In this document: positions 19,532 to 28,568 of the stretch, piece after piece | Layout: the number at the start of each line of letters is the position of its first letter | Numbering within the stretch: the first letter of the stretch is position 1 | IMG/VR virus record: IMGVR_UViG_3300029305_002894 | Span: 2,559 to 66,558 of that record | Source: a virus | Lineage: Duplodnaviria > Caudoviricetes | DNA: 64,000 nucleotides | Strand: one strand, 5' to 3' | Program-made: the position numbers and the translations under genes | Notes under the pieces: model-generated | Told to the model about the DNA's origin: nothing | What the model saw: the letters and a program-made list of their open reading frames with translations, nothing else | Database searches by the model: none

Positions 19532-20053
19532 ATGAAACGTGATATTCAAAATATTGATGATGATATTATTCGCAAAAAACGTATTATTGAACAAACACTC
19601 TATTCTGATGAAGATATCGTGGAGTTACTTGATAACTCAGATATTGATCCGTCTTGTCCAGAAGAATTGGTATATTCGTCTATATATCCATTTATACGAA
19701 TTCCTGGCACACAAGATAAATCAAAAAATTTCATCACCTTTTCGGTAAGCGACATGGGTCGTATACCAGGTAACGAAGTGATGAAATCTCAATATGTCCA
19801 ATTTGTTGTTTTTGTACACAAAGATTTAGTAAAAACAAAATATGGTATGGCTAGACACGATTGTTTGAGTTATATCATTCGTGATATTTTTCATCTGTCC
19901 AATAAACTTGGACCACAAATGAATCTTGTTTCTAATCTTGAGGGTGCAACAGATACAGATTATATTACTCGTACACTTAAATTCGAATTAGTAGATGATA
20001 ATTCTACTAAACCATTAAGAACTAATCCTCGTGAATATACTTACAAGAGGTAG
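19532..20053 (+). CDS. Putative tail terminator/completion protein
   Basis: Likely ATG 19532 after GGAGGT; alpha/beta pattern ending YITRTLKF; position before the tube gene. Confidence 0.45.
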   Translation: MKRDIQNIDDDIIRKKRIIEQTLYSDEDIVELLDNSDIDPSCPEELVYSSIYPFIRIPGTQDKSKNFITFSVSDMGRIPGNEVMKSQYVQFVVFVHKDLVKTKYGMARHDCLSYIIRDIFHLSNKLGPQMNLVSNLEGATDTDYITRTLKFELVDDNSTKPLRTNPREYTYKR

Positions 20054-20056
20054 TTT

Positions 20057-20851
20057 ATGGAAGGATTTCAAGTAGACGAACTTAAACTGTATATGTCAGA
20101 AGATATAAAAATTGCAAATGGTATTATATTAAAGTGTCCTAAAATTAAAGATGTTGCAGAATACGGTGAAAGTGAATATTTTGCCATGGTGCAAACATTA
20201 TGTGCGACACCAAGTAGTATGAAGGTACAACTTGATGATATGAAACTTAACTATATGAAAATTAAAGATTTTGAACTTTTTATGATGGTAGCACAGTCAT
20301 TAAGTATAGAATCAACTAGGCTTCTTTTAGGAGATTTAGATTTAAGGAAATTTAAGCCTCACGCTATCAAAGATAGTGAAGAAGTTGTTTTGGTCTACGA
20401 GGGCACAGAGAATGATGAAAGTCCCATTATAATTAATCCAATTATTTATGAGGTTTTGGTGACTTACATTCGTAAGATGCACAATTTTAGGAAACAAGTA
20501 GATAAGGCTGGTAACGAAATTACTCGTAGACAATTAATTCGTTTAGCTCGTCAAGATGCCGAGATGGCAAAGAACAAACCACATGAGTCTTTTTTAAGAC
20601 CAGTAATTTCGGCGGTCAAATGTCGTCAAGGATACTCAATGGATTATATAAAACAGATGGGTATTTTTGAATTAATGGATGATTTGTCAAGATTAAATAT
20701 TATAGTTCAAGCTGATGCCGCATTAGGTGGTATGTATAGTGGTTTTGTTGACACTAAGAAAATGGACAAAACAGTATTAAATTGGACAAGAAATATAGAA
20801 GAAGATGTAAAAGATAATGGCAAAGCAATTGCCGATGGAGTGGTTAGATAA
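20057..20851 (+). CDS. Conserved tail-module protein (possible assembly chaperone)
   Basis: 264 aa; position next to the tube gene. Confidence 0.4.
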   Translation: MEGFQVDELKLYMSEDIKIANGIILKCPKIKDVAEYGESEYFAMVQTLCATPSSMKVQLDDMKLNYMKIKDFELFMMVAQSLSIESTRLLLGDLDLRKFKPHAIKDSEEVVLVYEGTENDESPIIINPIIYEVLVTYIRKMHNFRKQVDKAGNEITRRQLIRLARQDAEMAKNKPHESFLRPVISAVKCRQGYSMDYIKQMGIFELMDDLSRLNIIVQADAALGGMYSGFVDTKKMDKTVLNWTRNIEEDVKDNGKAIADGVVR

Positions 20852-20911
20852 CCGCTTTAACTTAAATTATTAAAAATAATATAAAATTTTTATTAAATGG
20901 AGGAAATTATT

Positions 20912-21691
20912 ATGGCACAATACGCATTTGATAGAGCGATTTCAGTAGCTGGTACTTATGTTGGCGCAAATGCTGACAAGAAAATTGAAGCTGGTCAGCT
21001 CGCTTTCTGGGCAGAACAAATTACTGAGCCCACGCTCAACTTTACGAGCGAAACCGAAGAAATTATGGACGCACGTAACAACGTAGTTATGGTTCTTCAA
21101 AACGGTAGAGGCGCAACTTTTGGTGCTTCTAACGCATTCTTCAACACTTCTATCCTTGCTGCACAAGTTGGTAGCAAAGTAGAAGATTCTACTGGAGCAC
21201 TTATTTCTAAGTTCGAAATGATTACAGCTGACAAGGATGGCGCTGCTACTCTTACTTATACACCTGTTATTAAAGAAGAAGATGGCGTAGCTCCTGTTGT
21301 TTACGAACTTGAAAGTGACGGTTCTTTCAAGACCGCTACCCCTTCTGTAACTGTAAAAGTTGAAGGTAAGGCAGTTACTGGTGGCGTTAAAGATGGCAAA
21401 TATCTCGTTGTTTATGACATCGAAGCTCCTGCTGGCGAAAGAATTACTGCTCTTGCTGACGCAGAAAATGAATTACTTGATATCACAGCAGAAGTTCTTT
21501 TACGTGACCTTTGTTCTCAAGAAATCTACTTCGCGTTCTTATTCATGAGAGGTAAACTCTCTGGTGAAGCTGAATGGGGTATGGCTAGAGACGGTGCTCA
21601 TGCATTTGAAGTTACCGCAATGCCCGACTACTGTGGCGACAGAAAACTCGTAGATATCGTTATCGTTAAGGACGAAACTCTTAGAGCGTAA
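20912..21691 (+). CDS. Major tail (tube) protein
   Basis: Likely ATG 20912 after GGAGG; beta-rich, strongly biased codons, followed by a terminator. Confidence 0.7.
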   Translation: MAQYAFDRAISVAGTYVGANADKKIEAGQLAFWAEQITEPTLNFTSETEEIMDARNNVVMVLQNGRGATFGASNAFFNTSILAAQVGSKVEDSTGALISKFEMITADKDGAATLTYTPVIKEEDGVAPVVYELESDGSFKTATPSVTVKVEGKAVTGGVKDGKYLVVYDIEAPAGERITALADAENELLDITAEVLLRDLCSQEIYFAFLFMRGKLSGEAEWGMARDGAHAFEVTAMPDYCGDRKLVDIVIVKDETLRA

Positions 21692-21704
21692 TTTTAATAA
21701 TGTG

Positions 21705-21730
21705 TTAAAGGGGAGACAACTCCCCTTTAA
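21705..21730 (+). terminator. Hairpin terminator
   Basis: TTAAAGGGGAG-ACAA-CTCCCCTTTAA, perfect 11-bp stem. Confidence 0.7.
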
Positions 21731-21752
21731 TGCTATTAATTAGGAGGCATAT

Positions 21753-21944
21753 ATGGACATTCATGTGTGCAAACAATGTGGTTTGAAATTTGCATATTGT
21801 AGAAAATGTGTTTTTAAACCAATATATTATAAAGATTTAGGATTTTGTAGCAAAGAGTGCTACAGAGAATTTAAAAAAGAAGTTATCCCAACAGTGGATG
21901 TAGAAGTAGTTATAACCGATAAGGATATGTCTACATCTGAATAA
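21753..21944 (+). CDS. Small Cys-rich zinc-finger protein
   Basis: CKQC, CRKC and CSKEC motifs; RBS GGAGG. Confidence 0.6.
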   Translation: MDIHVCKQCGLKFAYCRKCVFKPIYYKDLGFCSKECYREFKKEVIPTVDVEVVITDKDMSTSE

Positions 21945-21992
21945 GAAAAGTAGTGTATCCTTATTTTTTTTGAACAAAAGGAGAATAATAAA

Positions 21993-22217
21993 ATGAAAAC
22001 TAGCAAAATAACGGGCCAACCTTTTGATCCCACGAAAGTCATCTATATTACCAATCCAAAACAGCATTTTGCATACGCAAGATATTTTGGTGGTTGGCAA
22101 TATTTTGTAGATATGGATGCTTCATCTGATAAAAGGGATGGCATGGGCGTTTTTATTTGGCAAAAATGTCCTGAGACCCAAGAAGCAAAGCAAAAATGGG
22201 ATAATCACGAGCTCTGA
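21993..22217 (+). CDS. Hypothetical protein
   Basis: 74 aa with RBS AAGGAG. Confidence 0.55.
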   Translation: MKTSKITGQPFDPTKVIYITNPKQHFAYARYFGGWQYFVDMDASSDKRDGMGVFIWQKCPETQEAKQKWDNHEL

Positions 22218-22256
22218 TTGTCCAAAAATAAAAAATAACAAGGAGGTATCTTCGAT

Positions 22257-22733
22257 GTGCAAATAATTAAATTTTTTATTTCTAATCAAAGAGCCTGGCG
22301 CTATACCTCTGGAGTGATTACAGAAGGCGCCAATTTAAAATTCGAATTTATTTTTAAAACAGAAGACTGGAATTCAGCCACAACAAAAACGGCAGTATTC
22401 AGTTACAAAGGAAAAAACTATGAAACACAGCTCGATGCATACAATCAATGCATTGTGCCAAAAGAAGCAATTCACGACCCTTGTTTTAAGGTTTCTTTAT
22501 ATGGTGGAGAAATTCATACTAACACGGTAAAAATTCCGGTTGAACCAAAAGAAGGTGTCAGCGATGGCACAAGTGTTGTATATGTTCCGTCTATTGACCA
22601 AGATAAAATTTTATCGTGGACAATTCAAGAAGCAACAAAAGACATGCCAGTACCTAATCCAGTGGATTTAAACTTGGCTGACGACTGGGTAGAAGATGAA
22701 ACAGAAAGCGAATATGAGTGGGAGGAAGAATAA
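22257..22733 (+). CDS. BppU-like beta-sandwich fibre/baseplate attachment protein
   Basis: GTG start after GGAGGT; FEFIFKTEDWNSATTKTAVF...CIVPKEAI pattern typical of BppU N-terminal-like domains. Confidence 0.45.
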   Translation: MQIIKFFISNQRAWRYTSGVITEGANLKFEFIFKTEDWNSATTKTAVFSYKGKNYETQLDAYNQCIVPKEAIHDPCFKVSLYGGEIHTNTVKIPVEPKEGVSDGTSVVYVPSIDQDKILSWTIQEATKDMPVPNPVDLNLADDWVEDETESEYEWEEE

Positions 22734-24061
22734 TGGCTAACGTAAGATTTATTAAAACAACTAAACTTAAGTATCTTAATCGTGATACATATGATGAGAA
22801 TGCCTTATACTTCTGTCAAGATACCAACGAAATTTTCAAAGGTCAGTCAGTTTATACAGATGGTGTACGTGTTATACCAACAAAGGCAGATTTACCAGAA
22901 TGCAAATGTGCAGCAGATGGTGTTGTGTATTACATTACCGAAACACGCAATGGTTATACATTGTCGCCTGATAGAACTGAATGGTTACAGACTATTTATG
23001 CACCTGTAACCGATGCTTACACAGTGCCTGAAAGCGAAATATATAATACGGTAACGACAGTTGGTGCTGTACGCGATATCGAAAACGCAATTTATACATA
23101 TGTAGATCAAGAGATTGCAAATGTTGAAGTTAGTGGGACGGTTGGCAAAGACGGGCTTTCTGCTTACGAAGTGTGGCTTAACGATGGACATACTGGAACC
23201 GAGTCAGATTTTTTGAATTGGTTGAAGGGCAAAGATGGTGCGAATGGGCAAAACGGAAAAGATGGTGTTGATGGTAAAACGCCTTATATCCAAAATGATT
23301 ATTGGTATATTGATGGAACAAATACTGGCGTAAAAGCAAAAGGTTCTGATGGAGTAAAAGGTGCTGATGGTAAAGACGGATTGAACGGTAAAGATGGTAT
23401 AAGCGGTAAAGATGGAAAATCAGCATATCAAACCTGGCTTGACGCAGGTCACAGTGGAAGCGAAGATGAGTTTTTGCAATGGTTAAAGGGCGACAATGAT
23501 CCATTTGGTGATGTAGTGACATCGATTGGTTTCGAGGGCATTGCCGCTGGCACTTCATTAAAAGGCAAAACGGTAAAAGATGTCCTCATAATGCTACTTG
23601 GTATCAAAGAGGCGCCAAAATCTACCGTAGAGGAGATTATTGGCAATTCAATTCCGTATTATAGTGGCGTAGAAGGCGAAGGATTATCTGAGGTCACATA
23701 CAAACAATTAGATACCGCAACAGCATTATATACTGACCAAGGTTTTTACACAACGACAAACACCAATGGCGTTATAACTAATGCTGGCTATCAAATGGTT
23801 ATTGACGGCAATACAGAGGGTAAAGCACAAACATTTGCGATATGTTCAATTGCAAAAATTGTGACAGCATATCAATATGAACCTACATTACAACAATGGA
23901 TGGATATGGGTTTTGATGGCACTTATTGGATTAAGACTGGTGAGGAAACTAAAATTGTTAATGGTAAAGAAGTGGTGTATACTACATACGCTTATAACGT
24001 AGAAATGATGGGTGACGCTATTACTAATACTGAATATTGGAGATTTGAAGTGGAGGTATAA
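22733..24061 (+). CDS. Collagen-like fibre protein
   Basis: ATG 22733 coupled to the previous stop; GKDG/GxxG triplets and two LSAY(E/Q)xW...G(T/S)ExxFLxWLKG units. Confidence 0.65.
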   Translation: MANVRFIKTTKLKYLNRDTYDENALYFCQDTNEIFKGQSVYTDGVRVIPTKADLPECKCAADGVVYYITETRNGYTLSPDRTEWLQTIYAPVTDAYTVPESEIYNTVTTVGAVRDIENAIYTYVDQEIANVEVSGTVGKDGLSAYEVWLNDGHTGTESDFLNWLKGKDGANGQNGKDGVDGKTPYIQNDYWYIDGTNTGVKAKGSDGVKGADGKDGLNGKDGISGKDGKSAYQTWLDAGHSGSEDEFLQWLKGDNDPFGDVVTSIGFEGIAAGTSLKGKTVKDVLIMLLGIKEAPKSTVEEIIGNSIPYYSGVEGEGLSEVTYKQLDTATALYTDQGFYTTTNTNGVITNAGYQMVIDGNTEGKAQTFAICSIAKIVTAYQYEPTLQQWMDMGFDGTYWIKTGEETKIVNGKEVVYTTYAYNVEMMGDAITNTEYWRFEVEV

Positions 24062-24065
24062 AAAC

Positions 24066-24725
24066 ATGGGAAGAGTTAAAGGCGGTTTATTTGCTATGGT
24101 GTTGGATGCAAATAAACGTTTTCCGCTTGATTCGAGAATGCTCGTTACTAAACGAGAGGACTTGATTAATCCAACAGTTTGGATAACTAATACTCTCACC
24201 ACGGAAGCCACTTACAATGGTATGATTGTAGCGGTTAACTCTGATGGTGAACATAATGGCGTGTATTACCTTACCGACAGAAAGGCTATAACGGCCGATA
24301 ATTATGCGGCATATAAGACCGCATTGGCAACAGGAGAAAATGTTGACACATATTTTGCAATGTGGAAGAAGTTGAGTACGACAGATGATACTTCTGTTGG
24401 TGGTTTGACGCCAGTTGATGGCACAATAGTGATTTCCAATGAAGGAAAATCTATTGGTGTAGCTATCGCTCCAGTTGCTAACAACATACTTACGGCGGTA
24501 GATGGTGGTTTATTTGTTCCGTCTATTCCTGTTAAACTCGCTGACAACACGCATGGGCTTACTATGGTTGATGGCGCGTTAACATTAAATCTAGCAACAC
24601 ACGATTCTGATGGTGCTATGTCTAAAGAAGACAAGATTGCACTTGATGCTGTAATTGAAGATGTGGCAGAAATTAAAGAAACGGTTGGTTTTTTTGAAGA
24701 ATCGATGATGTGGAGAGAAATTTAA
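24066..24725 (+). CDS. Fibre-associated structural protein
   Basis: Likely ATG 24066 after GGAGGT; LDANKRFPLDSR and TTDSDGAMSKEDKIALD-like fibre segments. Confidence 0.55.
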   Translation: MGRVKGGLFAMVLDANKRFPLDSRMLVTKREDLINPTVWITNTLTTEATYNGMIVAVNSDGEHNGVYYLTDRKAITADNYAAYKTALATGENVDTYFAMWKKLSTTDDTSVGGLTPVDGTIVISNEGKSIGVAIAPVANNILTAVDGGLFVPSIPVKLADNTHGLTMVDGALTLNLATHDSDGAMSKEDKIALDAVIEDVAEIKETVGFFEESMMWREI

Positions 24726-24794
24726 AAGATTATTATAAAAGATAAAATAATTAATTTAGTATAAAATAATTTTTATTTATAGGAGGAAACTATT

Positions 24795-26939
24795 ATGGCA
24801 GACATGATCAAATTTTTTAAAGGTTTAGAGGCTTCTTTGCCCGCTTCTGGTGTTAACGGTGCGTTGTATATTACCACCGACGAAGGTGCTATTTATCTTG
24901 GTACCGGCACTGGAATGAAGAGACTTGGTGACTTTGTTCAAGTAGACAATGTTGCATCTCTTCCCGCAAAGGCACACGAAAGTTGTCTCTATTACTGTGT
25001 AGCAGAAAACATTCTTGCAAAATGGAATGGTGCAGAATGGAAACAAATCAACAAACAACCTACAGCTGAAGAATTAAAAGGTCTTCTTGGTTTAGGTTCA
25101 CTTGCTTATCTCAGCGAAGTTTCTGAAGCAAACCTTGGTGCAAGCTTAAAAGAAAAAGTAAACGCTGCTGCTGAAGGCAATCATAGTCACAGCAACAAGG
25201 AACTTTTAGACACCTATACTCAAACAGAAGCAAACCTTGCTGATGCTGTTGCTAAAAAGCACGCTCATACGTTTGTTGAATCTGAACTTAACAAGATTGC
25301 TGACGGCGATGTTGCTAAATGGAATGCAGTTGTTGCAGACCACTTAACTTCTGCTGACAAAACAACTCTTGAAGATGCAATTAAAGAAGCTAAGAAGGCT
25401 GGTACTGACGCTAATACCAACATCGAAACATACAAAGTAACCAATGATGCACGTGTTAAAGCAGTTGAAGATGATATTGCTGAAATCGTTGACGGTACTA
25501 ACGGTATCCTTGCACAAGCAAAATCATATTCTGATGGCAAGCTTGCTACTGCTAAATCAGAAATTTCTGCTGAAATCGACGCTGACGTTAAAGTGGTTAA
25601 TGATGCTTTAGAAGCATATAAGACTTCTAATGATTCTGCTCTTGCTGGCGTAAAAGCAACAGCTGACGCTGCTGCTGTTAAGACCGAAGTTGAATCTGCT
25701 CTTGCAGGTAAGGTTGATAAAGTTGAAGGTAAATCTTTAATTTCTGATACTGAAATCGCAAGATTGGCAAATGTTACTAACTATGATGATACTCAGGTTA
25801 AAGCTGACATCGCTAAGAAAGCAGATTCTGCTACGATGACTACTGAACTTGGCAAGAAGGTAGACAAAGTTGAAGGTTACTCTTTAGTTTCTGATACCGA
25901 AATTGCAAGATTAGCTGACGTTGATAACTACGATGACGCAGAAGTTCGTGGTTTAATCGGTGACAACACAGACGCTATCGCTGCAATTAATAATGCTGAC
26001 ACTGGTATTTTGAAACAAGCCAAAGATTACGCTGATGGCAAAGATGAAGCTATTGCTGCTGCTCAATCTGCCGCTGATAAAGCACAAGAAGAAGTTGACG
26101 CACTTGAAACTTATGTAGGTACAATTCCTAGTGATGAAAAATACGCTGATATCACGAACGTTATTTCTTATGTTAACAAGAAAGCAGAAGAAACTCTTGC
26201 TGCTGCTCAAGGTGGTTCTAGCGAAACAGCTGCGTCTGTTAAACAGCAATTAGATAACTACAAGTCTGAAAACGACACAAGAGTTAAAGCTGCAGAAGAC
26301 GCTATTGACGCTATTGAAGCAGACTATCTCAAAGCTGCTGATAAAGAAGCTCTTCAAAATCAAATTAACACAATAATGAACAACCCTGATGCCGAAGGTG
26401 CTATCAACTCTATTAACGAATTTACTCAATACGTTAAAGACCATGGTACTGTTGCTGACGGTATGAGAACTGATATCAACAAGAACAAGGAAGATATCGC
26501 AGCTATCAATAATGCCGAAACTGGTATCTTAAAACAAGCTAAAGATTATGCAGACGGTCTTGCTGGTAATTACGCTGAAGCTGAACACGACCATGTGGTT
26601 GCTGACATTACTGATTTTGAAACAGTAGTAGAAGCAAGAATTACCGCTAAAGGCTACGCTACTACTAGTTACGCAGATGGTAAAGCTTCTGATGCTCAAG
26701 CCGCTGCGGAAGCTACTGCTGCTGGCGCACTTGCAACAGCTAGAACCGAAATTACTGCTGAAATTGATGCAGATGTTAAGGCTCTTGCTGATGGTCAAGT
26801 TAAGACCAATACCGAAGCTATTGCTACAAAAGCTAACAGTGCTGATGTATATGCTAAAACTGAAACTTTCACAAAAGACGAAGTTAATGCGGCTATCGCT
26901 ACGGCCGTTGAAGAAGCTCATACTTGGGGTTCTTTCTAA
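24795..26939 (+). CDS. Long coiled-coil fibre protein with internal duplications
   Basis: 714 aa; duplicated KVDKVEGxSLxSDTEIARLA and INNAxTGILKQAKDYADG blocks; strong RBS AGGAGG. Confidence 0.6.
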   Translation: MADMIKFFKGLEASLPASGVNGALYITTDEGAIYLGTGTGMKRLGDFVQVDNVASLPAKAHESCLYYCVAENILAKWNGAEWKQINKQPTAEELKGLLGLGSLAYLSEVSEANLGASLKEKVNAAAEGNHSHSNKELLDTYTQTEANLADAVAKKHAHTFVESELNKIADGDVAKWNAVVADHLTSADKTTLEDAIKEAKKAGTDANTNIETYKVTNDARVKAVEDDIAEIVDGTNGILAQAKSYSDGKLATAKSEISAEIDADVKVVNDALEAYKTSNDSALAGVKATADAAAVKTEVESALAGKVDKVEGKSLISDTEIARLANVTNYDDTQVKADIAKKADSATMTTELGKKVDKVEGYSLVSDTEIARLADVDNYDDAEVRGLIGDNTDAIAAINNADTGILKQAKDYADGKDEAIAAAQSAADKAQEEVDALETYVGTIPSDEKYADITNVISYVNKKAEETLAAAQGGSSETAASVKQQLDNYKSENDTRVKAAEDAIDAIEADYLKAADKEALQNQINTIMNNPDAEGAINSINEFTQYVKDHGTVADGMRTDINKNKEDIAAINNAETGILKQAKDYADGLAGNYAEAEHDHVVADITDFETVVEARITAKGYATTSYADGKASDAQAAAEATAAGALATARTEITAEIDADVKALADGQVKTNTEAIATKANSADVYAKTETFTKDEVNAAIATAVEEAHTWGSF

Positions 26940-26971
26940 TTTCAATTAAAAGTGTACAAATTAAAAATGGG

Positions 26972-27003
26972 AGGGGCTACTAATTATTTGGTAGCCCCTT
27001 TTA
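26972..27003 (+). terminator. Intrinsic terminator
   Basis: AGGGGCTAC-N10-GTAGCCCCT followed by a T-run. Confidence 0.7.
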
Positions 27004-27148
27004 TTAAAAATAAAATTTATATAAAACAATTATATAATATAAACATTTAAACAATTAACTTTGAAAACAACAGTTGGCTTTGTAGTCAGAGACGCAAAGA
27101 AACTTTAATATAAAGCCAACAAATTCTTACTTAGAAAGGAGAACGAAT

Positions 27149-27697
27149 ATGGCACTTTTTAAACCTTTTATGGGGAGCCGTACATCGTTAGACGCACAAG
27201 AAAAACACGCTGGATATGCGTATTTCTGTACGGACGATGGCTCATTTCATATAGATTATATAGACGCTAATGGCGTTTTACAAAGAAAACAAATTAACGC
27301 AAAAGATGCGGAAACATTTAACTCACATACTGCCGACGAATTTCTTTTAGAAACTGATATAGATACCGTTCTTGCTCAAGCTAAAGCTTCGGGAGAATTT
27401 GATGGTGCTGATGGAGCTAAAGGTGACGATGGTATTGGTATAGTTTCTGTACAACAAACCACTACATCTACCGCAGATGATGGTAACAATATAATTACAG
27501 TTAGATTAACCAATGGTACTACATCAACTTTTACTGTTCAAAATGGCTCAAAAGGTAGTAAAGGAGATCAAGGTATTCAAGGCGAAACGGGTGCCCCAGG
27601 TTATTCTCCCGTTCGTGGTACAGACTATTGGACTAATGCGGATAAAGCCGAAATCAAATCTTATGTTGATGAGGCAATCCTTGGGGGTGAGTGGTAA
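27149..27697 (+). CDS. Short collagen-like fibre protein
   Basis: GAKGDDG...GSKGSKGDQGIQGETGAPG triplets and PVRGTDYWT motif. Confidence 0.6.
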   Translation: MALFKPFMGSRTSLDAQEKHAGYAYFCTDDGSFHIDYIDANGVLQRKQINAKDAETFNSHTADEFLLETDIDTVLAQAKASGEFDGADGAKGDDGIGIVSVQQTTTSTADDGNNIITVRLTNGTTSTFTVQNGSKGSKGDQGIQGETGAPGYSPVRGTDYWTNADKAEIKSYVDEAILGGEW

Positions 27698-28548
27698 TGA
27701 GCGTAAATTCGAAAATGACGGCATTAGCCGATGCTATTCGTGATAAAACCGGCATAACCAATACTCTTACTTTGGATGAGATGGCGATAGCCGTTCAAGA
27801 CATTGAAGTTGGTGCAGACACCTCTGACGCAACCGCCACATCCGACGAAATCTTTGCTGGTGAAACCGCATACACAGCAGATGGCAAAGTCACTGGTACT
27901 TTTACCATAGAAGAAGAATTAACAGAACAAAATGATTTGATATCACAGATTACGACATTAGTTGCACAGAAAGCAAATCCTCAAGGCGGAACTGACACTT
28001 CTGATGCAACGGCTACGGCGAGTGATATCTTGAGTGGTAAAACCGCTTATGTCAAGGGCTCAAAAATCACTGGTACTATTCCCTCCAAAACGACTGCAAC
28101 TTATACACCAACCACTTCAAACCAAACTATATCAAGTGGAACATATTTGACTGGAACTCAAACAATTAAAGGAGATGCTAATTTAGTAGCGTCCAATATT
28201 AAGAGCGGTACATCTATATTTGGTGTCACTGGTACTTACGAAGGTAGTGGTGGAAGTTCTGGTGGCGGAGGAGTTGAAACTTGTACTGTTACTATGCAAG
28301 GAGGAGCGCCATTAATGGGCAACGAGAAGCTTTGGTATTCTGATGGGACTTCCACTGTACAATCTATATCAATTCCTTCTTTAGGCAACCCAATCACTAT
28401 TACTGTTCTTAAAAATAGTATAGTTTATTCAAATATAACCCTTCGCTCTTCTGTGTGGAATGAAGGCAGTATAAGTTGTCTTACTAGTTCCGATACATAC
28501 GATCAGGCATTCTTTGTAGTGGGCGATGGCACTTTAATATCAGAATAA
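27697..28548 (+). CDS. Thr/Ser/Gly-rich fibre protein
   Basis: ATG 27697 overlaps the previous stop; two DTSDATAT..DI..G.TAY...K.TGT repeats; KGDANLVASNI.SG.SIFGV.GT module. Confidence 0.6.
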   Translation: MSVNSKMTALADAIRDKTGITNTLTLDEMAIAVQDIEVGADTSDATATSDEIFAGETAYTADGKVTGTFTIEEELTEQNDLISQITTLVAQKANPQGGTDTSDATATASDILSGKTAYVKGSKITGTIPSKTTATYTPTTSNQTISSGTYLTGTQTIKGDANLVASNIKSGTSIFGVTGTYEGSGGSSGGGGVETCTVTMQGGAPLMGNEKLWYSDGTSTVQSISIPSLGNPITITVLKNSIVYSNITLRSSVWNEGSISCLTSSDTYDQAFFVVGDGTLISE

Positions 28549-28568
28549 AGACAAGGAGGAATTAAACA

